64,000 bases of DNA, from positions 1,408,001 to 1,472,000 of the forward strand of contig CP000071.1 of NCBI GenBank assembly GCA_000002445.1. Direction: 5' to 3'. This document shows, one piece after another, positions 1-10,179 of the stretch. This DNA comes from Trypanosoma brucei (Eukaryota). A model generated the notes under the pieces. The model saw only the letters and a program-made list of their open reading frames with translations. It had not been told where the DNA came from and made no database searches. The position numbers were made by a program, and so were the translations under genes. The stretch's first letter is position 1, and each line of letters begins with the position of its first letter.

Positions 1-3000
1 CCGCAAATGTGGGATCTGACATGAGATGCAACTCGCCCAGCGGGATCCCTTTCAAGGTGCGTCCCAGAAACGGGTAAGCTGCTGCAAGGGACTCCTCTTC
101 GGCCTTGCGTTCTTCAACAATCGCCCTCACTCGCTTGGCCAGTCCAGCCTCAGCCTCTCGAATAACCTCTGCATTTACTTCGTTAGGTCCCTTCGCTTTC
201 TCTTCATCGCGTCTCTTCATGAGTTCACAGAATTCGTCGTCATCCTCCAACGTCAAGTCCCGCGGAACCTCAGCCAGCAGCGAAGGGTCAACAAAGGAGT
301 ACAGTGAAGCATCGCGTGCAGCTGCTCGCTGCTCTGCTGATTGGAGCTTCAGAACGTCTCCTGCAATTTGGCCTGCTCGTCGGCAGAGTTGCTCATATAT
401 TTGCTTCTCGAGGGGTGATTCGGGCTTTCTACCATCGGGAACAAGTTCGTTGTACCGCGCCAGCAACTCCTGGAAGTACGGGTCATCCTCAAGGTACAAC
501 TCAGCCTGCGACACACCCAAAAACGTCTCCGGAAGAAAAGGGTACACAACAGCAGCAACGCTCCCCCTAGCGCCAGGGAGTCCACCAGCAAAACTTTCAC
601 CATCAGAACTAGTCCTTGCACCCTTTGCTGCACTTGTTCCATCTAACGCACCTGCACCTCCCACACTGCCAGACGCGGTCGGGTCACCACCAGCTGCACT
701 CTTCATGCTCAAGCTCATCTCACGTTCAAGCTGGCGCAGCGCGTCGGCGTTCTTGACGGGATCACGCATCAGTTCGTCATACCGAGCGCACTGCTGTTGG
801 AACACCGGGTCATGTAATAGCTTCTCCGACAACTCGAGACCGTCTTGTGAGGCAAGGAATGGACATTTATTAAGCAACGCGCGCCTAACCGACTCATTAA
901 GCGCCAGCTCATCAGCACGAGCACGCAACGCCTCCTCCAGCTCTGTCAGTCGCTCCGCATTTGCCTCAGCGTCCTCAAGCGCGGAGAGGTGCTCATTAAA
1001 CAATTTCTGATACCCATCATCTTTGGAAAGCGGTATGTCACTGAGGAGCACGCACTTACGATCTTCGTACAAAAGGAAGGGATTGCACGCACGCACATAC
1101 TCATTGGCGTCTTCACTCTCCTTCTCAGCCAGTCTTGCAAGACGAGCAAGGTCCTTAACCCGCTGCAACATCTCTTCCTCAGTCGCTACCGCATCTTTGC
1201 CACCGTCGCTGCTACTCTTCTGCTGCAACCAGCGCTGGCCCAACTGAGAAAACATTGCATCATCATTGATTGGAAGCTCACCAAGAGGAATACCCATTAC
1301 TCGTTTCGGAAGGAAGGGATACTGTTTATGGACCGCATCCGTTTTCGTAGCATTCTCCTCGGCCAATTGCGTCACGAGCGCCTTCATTTTCTCCTCCATA
1401 GCAGCAATCGCCTCTGCGTTGCCTGCCGGATCGCGGCGTAGCTCGTCCAGCTCATTCGACAGGTCACGGAACTCCTGTTGCTGAGCAGGTCGCACATCTG
1501 CGAGACACACACCACGCACAGGCTCTTCGGGCAAGAACGGGTAACGCTCACGGAGGTCCTCAGCACGGACTGCGGCACGGAGCCTAGAGGAACGGAGGTC
1601 ACTCACGATTTTGTCAGCAGCGTCACGCAATAATTTCTCCTGCTGAGCCCGGGCCGTCGGATCCATATTAGATGCATCCTGCGTGTAGCGAGATGCTAGC
1701 TCCGCAAATGTGGGATCTGACATGAGATGCAACTCGCCCAGCGGGATCCCTTTCAAGGTGCGTCCCAGAAACGGGTAAGCTGCTGCAAGGGACTCCTCTT
1801 CGGCCTTGCGTTCTTCAACAATCGCCCTCACTCGCTTGGCCAGTCCAGCCTCAGCCTCTCGAATAACCTCTGCATTTACTTCGTTAGGTCCCTTCGCTTT
1901 CTCTTCATCGCGTCTCTTCATGAGTTCACAGAATTCGTCGTCATCCTCCAACGTCAAGTCCCGCGGAACCTCAGCCAGCAGCGAAGGGTCAACAAAGGAG
2001 TACAGTGAAGCATCGCGTGCAGCTGCTCGCTGCTCTGCTGATTGGAGCTTCAGAACGTCTCCTGCAATTTGGCCTGCTCGTCGGCAGAGTTGCTCATATA
2101 TTTGCTTCTCGAGGGGTGATTCGGGCTTTCTACCATCGGGAACAAGTTCGTTGTACCGCGCCAGCAACTCCTGGAAGTACGGGTCATCCTCAAGGTACAA
2201 CTCAGCCTGCGACACACCCAAAAACGTCTCCGGAAGAAAAGGGTACACAACAGCAGCAACGCTCCCCCTAGCGCCAGGGAGTCCACCAGCAAAACTTTCA
2301 CCATCAGAACTAGTCCTTGCACCCTTTGCTGCACTTGTTCCATCTAATGCACCTGCACCTCCCACACTGCCAGACGCGGTCGGGTCACCACCAGCTGCAC
2401 TCTTCATGCTCAAGCTCATCTCACGTTCAAGCTGGCGCAGCGCGTCGGCGTTCTTGACGGGATCACGCATCAGTTCGTCATACCGAGCGCACTGCTGTTG
2501 GAACACCGGGTCATGTAATAGCTTCTCCGACAACTCGAGACCGTCTTGTGAGGCAAGGAATGGACATTTATTAAGCAACGCGCGCCTAACCGACTCATTA
2601 AGCGCCAGCTCATCAGCACGAGCACGCAACGCCTCCTCCAGCTCTGTCAGTCGCTCCGCATTTGCCTCAGCGTCCTCAAGCGCGGAGAGGTGCTCATTAA
2701 ACAATTTCTGATACCCATCATCTTTGGAAAGCGGTATGTCACTGAGGAGCACGCACTTACGATCTTCGTACAAAAGGAAGGGATTGCACGCACGCACATA
2801 CTCATTGGCGTCTTCACTCTCCTTCTCAGCCAGTCTTGCAAGACGAGCAAGGTCCTTAACCCGCTGCAACATCTCTTCCTCAGTCGCTACCGCATCTTTG
2901 CCACCGTCGCTGCTACTCTTCTGCTGCAACCAGCGCTGGCCCAACTGAGAAAACATTGCATCATCATTGATTGGAAGCTCACCAAGAGGAATACCCATTA

Positions 3001-3536
3001 CTCGTTTCGGAAGGAAGGGATACTGTTTATGGACCGCATCCGTTTTCGTAGCATTCTCCTCGGCCAATTGCGTCACGAGCGCCTTCATTTTCTCCTCCAT
3101 AGCAGCAATCGCCTCTGCGTTGCCTGCCGGATCGCGGCGTAGCTCGTCCAGCTCATTCGACAGGTCACGGAACTCCTGTTGCTGAGCAGGTCGCACATCT
3201 GCGAGACACACACCACGCACAGGCTCTTCGGGCAAGAACGGGTAACGCTCACGGAGGCCTTCAGCACGGACTGCGGCACGGAGCCTAGAGGAACGGAGGT
3301 CACTCACGATTTTGTCAGCAGCGTCACGCAATAATTTCTCCTGCTGAGCCCGGGCCGTCGGATCCATATTAGATGCATCCTGCGTGTAGCGAGATGCTAG
3401 CTCCGCAAATGTGGGATCTGACATGAGATGCAACTCGCCCAGCGGGATCCCTTTCAAGGTACGTCCCAGAAACGGGTAAGCTGCTGCAAGGGACTCCTCT
3501 TCGGCCTTGCGTTCTTCAACAATCGCCCTCACTCGC
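1..3536. repeat. Macro tandem repeat inside the giant CDS. The unit is 1701 bp (567 codons, in frame). About 2.08 near-identical copies are visible (1-1701, 1702-3402, partial 3403-3536) and the array probably continues left of the window.
   Basis: Plus-strand ORFs at 26..307 / 1727..2008 and 105..1010 / 1806..2711 are identical, giving an offset of 1701. Only isolated mismatches were seen, for example 631 versus 2341 C/T and 1557 versus 3257. Confidence 0.9.
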
Positions 3537-6500
3537 TTTGTTTTGTTAAGTTCTATTTGCTGCTTCTTTTCGTTGTCTGTTACTGTTCTTTGTTCTTCCT
3601 TCAGTAGCTGCTGTATTTCGTTGTCTTCGTATATGTTTAAGGATGCTATTTTTATACCCTTTACTGTCTTTTGTATATTCTGAAAATTTTTCATAAGTCT
3701 TCCTACCTTTCTTTCTTCTGCTTCGATCTCGCTGCGGAAGGCTTTGTGCAGCTGTGATTTTCTCTTCGCCATTCTTGTTTGAAGGATGCGCTGCAATTTG
3801 ATACCTGCGGGAGTACCTTCTTCCTTAATTCTTTGATATTCGCGATGGAGTTCCTGGTAATATTTATCATTCATTATTTCCTCCTCAATGTAAGTGTTTA
3901 TTTCGTCTTGAGAAAGTCCAGTATCATGAGTATCCTTTATTTCATCATCACTGACATCCGACGGTGTTGATGTCATTATCTCCTGCGTCGTTCTGGCCAG
4001 CTCAGCTTCAAGCCTCTGTAGCTTCTCAGCGTTTTTGTCTATATCGTCCATGAGTTCATCATGATCGCCAACAAGTTTTGCGACAAGTGGGTTGTGGAGC
4101 ATGTTGGGGTCGATGTTTCGCCCAAGCATCGGGTATGTTTTGCGCAGCTCATCTACTTCGCGCACCTTGGCTGCCCGACCCTTGCGTTCATTTTCAAGTA
4201 TGTCGCGCACGCTATTAAGGAGATCGGGATGAACTGCATCAGGCGATCCGTCGCCTGTCATTGCAAGGACTCCTTGGCTTTCTAGGAGACGAATGTCCTC
4301 TAGACTAAGTGGCTTCAGTTCGTGGAACATCTCCATTATCTTTTCAATCTTCTTTATCTCCTCCAGGGCAATTTCATCTGCTCTACATGCAAGTCGGAAT
4401 CGAACACTAGCGACGGAGTCTTCATCCAATTTGAATCGTTGCAGAAGAGATTTGTACTCAGCAAGAAGCTGGTTGAACAGGTTGTCCTCGCTCAAGCGAA
4501 TGTGACGCAAAGGAAAACACTTCCGCGTTGTGTAAATAAGAAAGGGGTTTCCGGAGAGTACAGCATCATCGGCATCGGCGAGCAGAACTTCACTTAAGTG
4601 TGCGCCAGACGCAAGTTGCACAACCCTTGACTGAAGCACAGTTTCTTTTTTCGTTGTGGTCTCCTTCTCAGAAGCGGCAAATACTTCATCATCTTTGATT
4701 GGAAGCTCACCAAGAGGAATACCCATTACTCGTTTCGGAAGGAAGGGATACTGTTTATGGACCGCATCCGTTTTCGTAGCATTCTCCTCGGCCAATTGCG
4801 TCACGAGCGCCTTCATTTTCTCCTCCATAGCAGCAATCGCCTCTGCGTTGCCTGCCGGATCGCGGCGTAGCTCGTCCAGCTCATTCGACAGGTCACGGAA
4901 CTCCTGTTGCTGAGCAGGTCGCACATCTGCGAGACACACACCACGCACAGGCTCTTCGGGCAAGAACGGGTAACGCTCACGGAGGTCTTCACTCTCGATG
5001 GCTTCACGCCATTGGCGCACATTGCTCTCACGAGCGATGGCAAGTGCGTGGTTTAGCATCTCCCTTACAAGCCGCTTTCGCCGAAGATCGTTGGAGGTAC
5101 CAAGTGAGTTGGGGAGCTTTGAATACTGCTCTGCTTTCTGCGCAAACTTTTGGTTTTCTTCCAAATGCATGGTTGACGTATCTATACCTTCCATCCTACT
5201 TGGAATAAAGGGATATTTTTGGTTGTGCTCTTTGATCTGCGTCGTGCGCCTCACGGCAAGCCAAGCCACACGGTCGTTGGCGCGCGCGTTGAGCTTGTCT
5301 ACTTCCGCTACGACGACTGGTTTCATTGCGGTAAGTTTCTCACGAGCTATCACAAGAGCCATGAACTCATTATCCCCTTCCACGTCAAGGGCATCCAGGG
5401 TGAATCCGAGGTGCCGACGGCTTACAAATGGGTATTTGGCCTCTGAACGCTGTCGCCTTCTGAAACGGTTTGCATTTACCTTCCGTACCCAAACATTCAT
5501 CTGGAGTACCCGCTCCTCCATCTGATGTGTAAGCCCCAGTGCCGTTGGTGAATCATCTGCGTTGTTCTTGAACTCGGCATTGCGGCGTTGGGATAAAACC
5601 ACGTAGTAATCATCACGCATGTTCGGCACGGTTTCCACTACAAAATTCTCTGTTGTGAAACTTTCAACGTCGTAGTTCAGCCTCTGCAGTTCATTATCGT
5701 CGTGGCGCCGTGCCGCAAGGTGATGCACCGCCACCGCCAGTTCTGATTGCAACTTGCTATCAGTATTCTTCTTCGCTAACTGATCCATCAGCGTTGCCGC
5801 CGCCGAGTCCTCATGCAACCGTAACATAGAAAGTCGTTGATGATAAGGCCTTTCCTCAAGAAAGGGAAACTGCTGATGTAACTCCTCGTCGTCCACCGCG
5901 AGGCACGTGCGCACGATGGAAGCCCGTTCCCACATGGCTTCAAGCTTCGCAGATATTAGGGCATGGATCCATTCTGCTTCGGCGTCCCCACGGGAAACAC
6001 AAAGGCGATGCACGCGAAGAAGGTCATGCAGGTGTGTATCTCCGGCAAGATCGGTAGCAGAAACGGAGTAGCGCTTTGATGACGAAAGCCAGGGCGACAA
6101 CTCCTTCCGCCACCGAAAGGCGTCGAGCTCGATCTCATCAACACGGCTGGCCAGCTGACCCTGAATTTGCACAAGGCCTGGTCCTAAAGATTGTGACATG
6201 GTGCATTTTCGTATCTGGTCAATTAGTGTTCTAACTTGTTCATCCTCCAACACGTAAATCCATGGTATCGGAAGCATGAGGTTGACGTACCCCCCGTGCG
6301 TATCGCTAAACTCCTGTTCCTGGCGGTCGACAAAAGCCCGTTCAAGAGCTGTATCCTTTGCCTTCTTGGCAACATACTCACATATAGCATACTCCAAGGC
6401 GTTCGTTTGTTTAGAATCATCGCTGCTGCGCAACTTATGCACAAGATCCATAAAAAATCCATCGTCTTCAAGTCTGAGGCTTGCCGTCCGCACCCCATGG

Positions 6501-9307
6501 ACCTCGGCGCGAAGGAAGGGGTACCGTTTTAGTATATCACCCTCTTGGATGGAACGATGTAGCTCCCACATCCGCTCCTTCATTGCCTGTTCCAGTTGCC
6601 TGCTCTCAGTTGTGTCCTTGCTTGCTCGCGCCCGCTGATGGGCAAGTTCAACGAACACCTCATCTTCCAGCAGCCGAACATCAACAAATGGAAAGCTGTC
6701 GACACGAGTTGCAAGGAAAGGATACCTCTGCAAGATCCCACGATATACCACTGGCCTGGAAGAGAGGTGCTGCTCGAGATAACGAAGGTTCTCTAGATAC
6801 GCCAAAAAATCAGGATCGTCTTTCGGTACACCGGCTTTGTCGAACGCAAGACCGGCCCTCTTGAGCGACTCTCCCGCATCACTTAAGCGATTAAGGTCAA
6901 TTTCAATCGCACCTTTGTTATTTTGTACGACAGCATACTCCCTACTCTGAACACCAAATAAGTCTGCCGCCTTATCTCCGGCCTCCCGCAGCAACGTCAT
7001 ACAGTGCTCTACATATTTTTCACGATCCCATGAGCGGTAAATGTGTGCACCATCAGTTAAAAGGGACGGCAAGTCGCGCGATTCAGTTGGTTTCTTCTTG
7101 CTAATTGTAATCGCGGTGAGAAGTACACGTATTGCGTCCTCGTACCAACCTTCAGACTCAAGTTGCAGACTTAAGTCCCACAGATAGTACATAAAATAGT
7201 CTGACGCCCAACCAATGGTACTGAGTTCGACAGAATGGCTCACGAGCTCCTTTGTGTTAACGGAGCAAGAGGGAAGAAGTTGTTTACACTGAAGAAGCCC
7301 CTTGTACGGCTGAAGATGCAGCCATGCACCGTGCTCACTCTTAAGATAGCCCGGAAGCTTTTCGATAGCACTATAGAAGTGCTTCGCAGCCTCCTCGACA
7401 CAGCTTCTGTAAGTGGCCAGCTCGTCAGACTGATACAACGTCGCCACGCGCAGCAGCCAGAAGCCATACTCAATGTGAAGGCGGCCTTGCGTTACAGGGC
7501 CCGTCAATTCTTCGAAACCGCGCATTGTGTCAGGAAACAAGCCCCGGCCCTCCGCAATGTAGTCTTTTTCCATAGTTGCAAAGCACACCTCGCACACGCT
7601 ACGGCGCGAATAGAGGGGTGACAGGCTCACAGGAGCACACAGTTCCATGTGCGCTTTTGCAGTTTCACGTACTAGGGCAAGTGCTTCATCATAATGCCCA
7701 TCCCAGCACGCCACCTTCCATCGGACCGGCAGACAAAAGGCATACCGATAACCATCTTGTGTAACGATTGTCCTGTATTTTTCACTTAGTGCGCGAACAT
7801 ACTGAGGATCTATCAATTTGGGTAATACACTGGCGTTGACGTGGGCGTGCCATCTCATTACTGTGTGATTTTTGGAAGTTTTTTCAATGGAAACTCCAAT
7901 AAGGGCACATATGCGCGCCACAATATCCGCCTTCCTCCCCATACGTATGTCTGTTAGGGACTTGATGAGATCCTCATCGGAATCTATTATGCCATATTTC
8001 TTGGCTACAACCTCCAAAAAGATACTGCGGAAATTATCCAGGTTTGTGAAGGCTGCCCCGATGTGTTTCGAGACGGTGCCGGCCAGTATATCGTCATCGT
8101 ACGCCACGCGTTTTCCTTGAACTTCCAAATAGAACTCCTGTTTCACCGACCGTGCAATCATTTCAATGGATATCAACTCCCTCACTCGTTGTGTCACATC
8201 AGGGGAATACCTCCCCACACCCTCAGTTTTACACACCACTTGCTTCAGGAGGCACATGTTGATGCCGATTGAGTGCAGCACATCGCACAGTTTCCTCAAG
8301 CGCTCGCCGTTTGAGCGAGACTCGCTGTCCACACAAGCGTGCACAATGCGGTCGAGCACTTCAGTGTTGTCAAGCAACGAAACTGTGTCCATATGACCAT
8401 CTGTCACATTGCCACAAAGCCTCAGCATCTCTTGGCGCTTCATGATTGTATCGTCAACAAACAACGGGGTTAGAGTTGAGTTGGAATTGGTTAGGTACAG
8501 GCGGCCATCCAATCCCTCATACACCTCAAGAGTGCCGTCGGGAAATGGGATATTGAGAGCATCCGCCATGTGGAGGATCTCCGCCTCGACCTCGCTGTCA
8601 TCTGTGGATTCAGCCCCATAAAGGCGGGTCGGGTTGGCCGACATAGGGACTAAGGCCTGCGCAAGCACAGGCATTCCGCGGTAGAAAATCATGCAGGAGA
8701 GCGGCACAGTCAACAGGCGGCTACGACTCTGCAGCACACCGCGGAGTGAGGCCACATAGTTCCTTCCCGAACGGCTGTCAGGTAGAACACGGAAGAAAAT
8801 GTTGTCCACGCGATAACACTGCAGAAATTTCGGGAGCTCCCGAGGCCCGTTATCGTCGAGCGTCACGATCTGCTTCGCCTTGCGGGTGGCCTCCTCCACG
8901 AACTCCTTCTCAATCCGGCGAAGCGCCTCCATCCGGCTCACAGCCTGGGAAATGGTGTTGTCCTCCGCTTCCCACGCAAACTGGAACTCTGCATTCCAAT
9001 TCCTAGCATACCGCGTGATGTCAGCACAAGACGCAAGAAATGGCTTCGGTGCCGTCTGCTGCATCGGAAACGCAGCTATTTTTCTGATGGAAAGTCTATG
9101 CCGGGACGCCTCCAGCATTGAAACGTGACGTTGTGCTGTACGCTGGGAACTAGTGCTTGTCAATCGCGAATAAGAGGATCGCACATCCTCGATTGGAACT
9201 CCCTGGTTTTCGGGGGTGGTAGGAAACATTACACCCGGCTTCCGGTCCCGTGCATTCGAATCAACTGATGGATTACGGCGCTGTTCATTTTGATTGCGCC
9301 GTCTCAT
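1..9307 (-). CDS. Giant repeat-rich protein, N-terminal ~3100 codons. The ORF is open to position 2 and continues beyond the left window edge. The N-terminal region is CLU/TIF31-like followed by TPR-like helical sequence. The rest is built from recurring ~100-aa YPFLP...GIPLGEL modules.
   Basis: Hand translation of the minus strand: the ATG is the reverse complement of 9305-9307 and an in-frame TAA sits just upstream. Reading is in frame (codon first bases at positions congruent to 1 mod 3), checked at 9307, around 5000 and at 2-190. No listed minus ORF of 60 aa or more shares this frame, which fits a stop-free ORF running off the edge. The N-terminus reads MRRRNQNEQRRNPSVDS...LEVYEGLDGRLYLTNS (CLU-central-domain-like). 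The YPFL(P)-x5-G[IV]PLGEL motif is repeated many times. Confidence 0.6.
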   Translation of the reverse strand, partial: MRRRNQNEQRRNPSVDSNARDRKPGVMFPTTPENQGVPIEDVRSSYSRLTSTSSQRTAQRHVSMLEASRHRLSIRKIAAFPMQQTAPKPFLASCADITRYARNWNAEFQFAWEAEDNTISQAVSRMEALRRIEKEFVEEATRKAKQIVTLDDNGPRELPKFLQCYRVDNIFFRVLPDSRSGRNYVASLRGVLQSRSRLLTVPLSCMIFYRGMPVLAQALVPMSANPTRLYGAESTDDSEVEAEILHMADALNIPFPDGTLEVYEGLDGRLYLTNSNSTLTPLFVDDTIMKRQEMLRLCGNVTDGHMDTVSLLDNTEVLDRIVHACVDSESRSNGERLRKLCDVLHSIGINMCLLKQVVCKTEGVGRYSPDVTQRVRELISIEMIARSVKQEFYLEVQGKRVAYDDDILAGTVSKHIGAAFTNLDNFRSIFLEVVAKKYGIIDSDEDLIKSLTDIRMGRKADIVARICALIGVSIEKTSKNHTVMRWHAHVNASVLPKLIDPQYVRALSEKYRTIVTQDGYRYAFCLPVRWKVACWDGHYDEALALVRETAKAHMELCAPVSLSPLYSRRSVCEVCFATMEKDYIAEGRGLFPDTMRGFEELTGPVTQGRLHIEYGFWLLRVATLYQSDELATYRSCVEEAAKHFYSAIEKLPGYLKSEHGAWLHLQPYKGLLQCKQLLPSCSVNTKELVSHSVELSTIGWASDYFMYYLWDLSLQLESEGWYEDAIRVLLTAITISKKKPTESRDLPSLLTDGAHIYRSWDREKYVEHCMTLLREAGDKAADLFGVQSREYAVVQNNKGAIEIDLNRLSDAGESLKRAGLAFDKAGVPKDDPDFLAYLENLRYLEQHLSSRPVVYRGILQRYPFLATRVDSFPFVDVRLLEDEVFVELAHQRARASKDTTESRQLEQAMKERMWELHRSIQEGDILKRYPFLRAEVHGVRTASLRLEDDGFFMDLVHKLRSSDDSKQTNALEYAICEYVAKKAKDTALERAFVDRQEQEFSDTHGGYVNLMLPIPWIYVLEDEQVRTLIDQIRKCTMSQSLGPGLVQIQGQLASRVDEIELDAFRWRKELSPWLSSSKRYSVSATDLAGDTHLHDLLRVHRLCVSRGDAEAEWIHALISAKLEAMWERASIVRTCLAVDDEELHQQFPFLEERPYHQRLSMLRLHEDSAAATLMDQLAKKNTDSKLQSELAVAVHHLAARRHDDNELQRLNYDVESFTTENFVVETVPNMRDDYYVVLSQRRNAEFKNNADDSPTALGLTHQMEERVLQMNVWVRKVNANRFRRRQRSEAKYPFVSRRHLGFTLDALDVEGDNEFMALVIAREKLTAMKPVVVAEVDKLNARANDRVAWLAVRRTTQIKEHNQKYPFIPSRMEGIDTSTMHLEENQKFAQKAEQYSKLPNSLGTSNDLRRKRLVREMLNHALAIARESNVRQWREAIESEDLRERYPFLPEEPVRGVCLADVRPAQQQEFRDLSNELDELRRDPAGNAEAIAAMEEKMKALVTQLAEENATKTDAVHKQYPFLPKRVMGIPLGELPIKDDEVFAASEKETTTKKETVLQSRVVQLASGAHLSEVLLADADDAVLSGNPFLIYTTRKCFPLRHIRLSEDNLFNQLLAEYKSLLQRFKLDEDSVASVRFRLACRADEIALEEIKKIEKIMEMFHELKPLSLEDIRLLESQGVLAMTGDGSPDAVHPDLLNSVRDILENERKGRAAKVREVDELRKTYPMLGRNIDPNMLHNPLVAKLVGDHDELMDDIDKNAEKLQRLEAELARTTQEIMTSTPSDVSDDEIKDTHDTGLSQDEINTYIEEEIMNDKYYQELHREYQRIKEEGTPAGIKLQRILQTRMAKRKSQLHKAFRSEIEAEERKVGRLMKNFQNIQKTVKGIKIASLNIYEDNEIQQLLKEEQRTVTDNEKKQQIELNKTKRVRAIVEERKAEEESLAAAYPFLGRTLKGIPLGELHLMSDPTFAELASRYTQDASNMDPTARAQQEKLLRDAADKIVSDLRSSRLRAAVRAEGLRERYPFLPEEPVRGVCLADVRPAQQQEFRDLSNELDELRRDPAGNAEAIAAMEEKMKALVTQLAEENATKTDAVHKQYPFLPKRVMGIPLGELPINDDAMFSQLGQRWLQQKSSSDGGKDAVATEEEMLQRVKDLARLARLAEKESEDANEYVRACNPFLLYEDRKCVLLSDIPLSKDDGYQKLFNEHLSALEDAEANAERLTELEEALRARADELALNESVRRALLNKCPFLASQDGLELSEKLLHDPVFQQQCARYDELMRDPVKNADALRQLEREMSLSMKSAAGGDPTASGSVGGAGALDGTSAAKGARTSSDGESFAGGLPGARGSVAAVVYPFLPETFLGVSQAELYLEDDPYFQELLARYNELVPDGRKPESPLEKQIYEQLCRRAGQIAGDVLKLQSAEQRAAARDASLYSFVDPSLLAEVPRDLTLEDDDEFCELMKRRDEEKAKGPNEVNAEVIREAEAGLAKRVRAIVEERKAEEESLAAAYPFLGRTLKGIPLGELHLMSDPTFAELASRYTQDASNMDPTARAQQEKLLRDAADKIVSDLRSSRLRAAVRAEDLRERYPFLPEEPVRGVCLADVRPAQQQEFRDLSNELDELRRDPAGNAEAIAAMEEKMKALVTQLAEENATKTDAVHKQYPFLPKRVMGIPLGELPINDDAMFSQLGQRWLQQKSSSDGGKDAVATEEEMLQRVKDLARLARLAEKESEDANEYVRACNPFLLYEDRKCVLLSDIPLSKDDGYQKLFNEHLSALEDAEANAERLTELEEALRARADELALNESVRRALLNKCPFLASQDGLELSEKLLHDPVFQQQCARYDELMRDPVKNADALRQLEREMSLSMKSAAGGDPTASGSVGGAGALDGTSAAKGARTSSDGESFAGGLPGARGSVAAVVYPFLPETFLGVSQAELYLEDDPYFQELLARYNELVPDGRKPESPLEKQIYEQLCRRAGQIAGDVLKLQSAEQRAAARDASLYSFVDPSLLAEVPRDLTLEDDDEFCELMKRRDEEKAKGPNEVNAEVIREAEAGLAKRVRAIVEERKAEEESLAAAYPFLGRTLKGIPLGELHLMSDPTFA
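4682..4983. repeat. Dispersed ~300-bp copy, identical to 1261-1562 of the 1701-bp unit, lying within a diverged part of the same giant CDS.
   Basis: Identical ORF-track peptides (MIGSSPRGIPITRFGRKGY... at 1266.. / 2967.. / 4656..). The offset of 3429 is divisible by 3, so the coding frame is kept. Confidence 0.85.
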
Positions 9308-10179
9308 TTCAACGAAACTGACAGCAAAACAGACACAAAAATGAGTACTAAGTTACCTGAACCTCCCGGTACTTTGGTTTTTTTTCTTTCTATTATCTAA
9401 AAACAAAGCCGAAGACCTGCCGGGCAGACGGGTGCGCGAAGAAAAAAAATGCCGCAACAACGAAGGATGTTTGCTTCAAAGGCTTCGCAAAAAAAAAAAA
9501 ACAAAGTTTCTAGTCTGCCTCCGAAGATGATAATGACAGCAAGTTAAATAAACAAAAAGAGGTAAACTTCAACATGTGAAATAATAACCCTCGTGTGGCG
9601 TTTCACCACCGTTGGGATTCGTAACATCGTGGGAGGAGGGTACGCAGAAGTGATCCCCTCATTGTCCCGCAAAGCACCTAACGCAGCGGCAAAAAGGAAG
9701 TGCTTCGCAGCCATCAATACGCCGTAGCACCACTGCTGCAGGGAAAAAATAACATTCTCCCCAACATACAGAGCCATACACATCATAAGTTTCCCCACCG
9801 ATACCCACCACCACCACCACCTCTAACTGAAGCACTTTGGTCAAATTCACAAAACGAACCGTTCCCACCTGCCAGTCCACCTCATTAACACACCGGCCCC
9901 ACTTCGCATTAATGACTAACGCTGATCACCCAACCCCCGGAACAGAGATAAGTGAACAAACCCGCGTGTGGCCGAGTGAGCATCGCGTACACACAAGAAT
10001 GGGCAACTAGTTGCTCCTGACACGGTAAGCAAAAAAAAAACTCTATAGTGAACAAGCGCATGAGCTATTCGTGGTAACATTTCCACACAGCCGGCTATCC
10101 AACCCCTCAACATACATTACCATCACCGTACCGCTATTATTTGTTTTCCTCCGAGCATCGCGCCACAACGTATGAACTG

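Noticed and set aside
105-1010. 301-aa Ser/Ala-rich plus-strand ORFs (105..1010 and 1806..2711), with nested 93-aa and 88-aa ORFs, inside the 1701-bp repeat.
   Set aside because: They are antisense shadows of the giant minus-strand CDS. The low-complexity Ser-rich translation has no start context, and the minus-strand frame gives a coherent protein.
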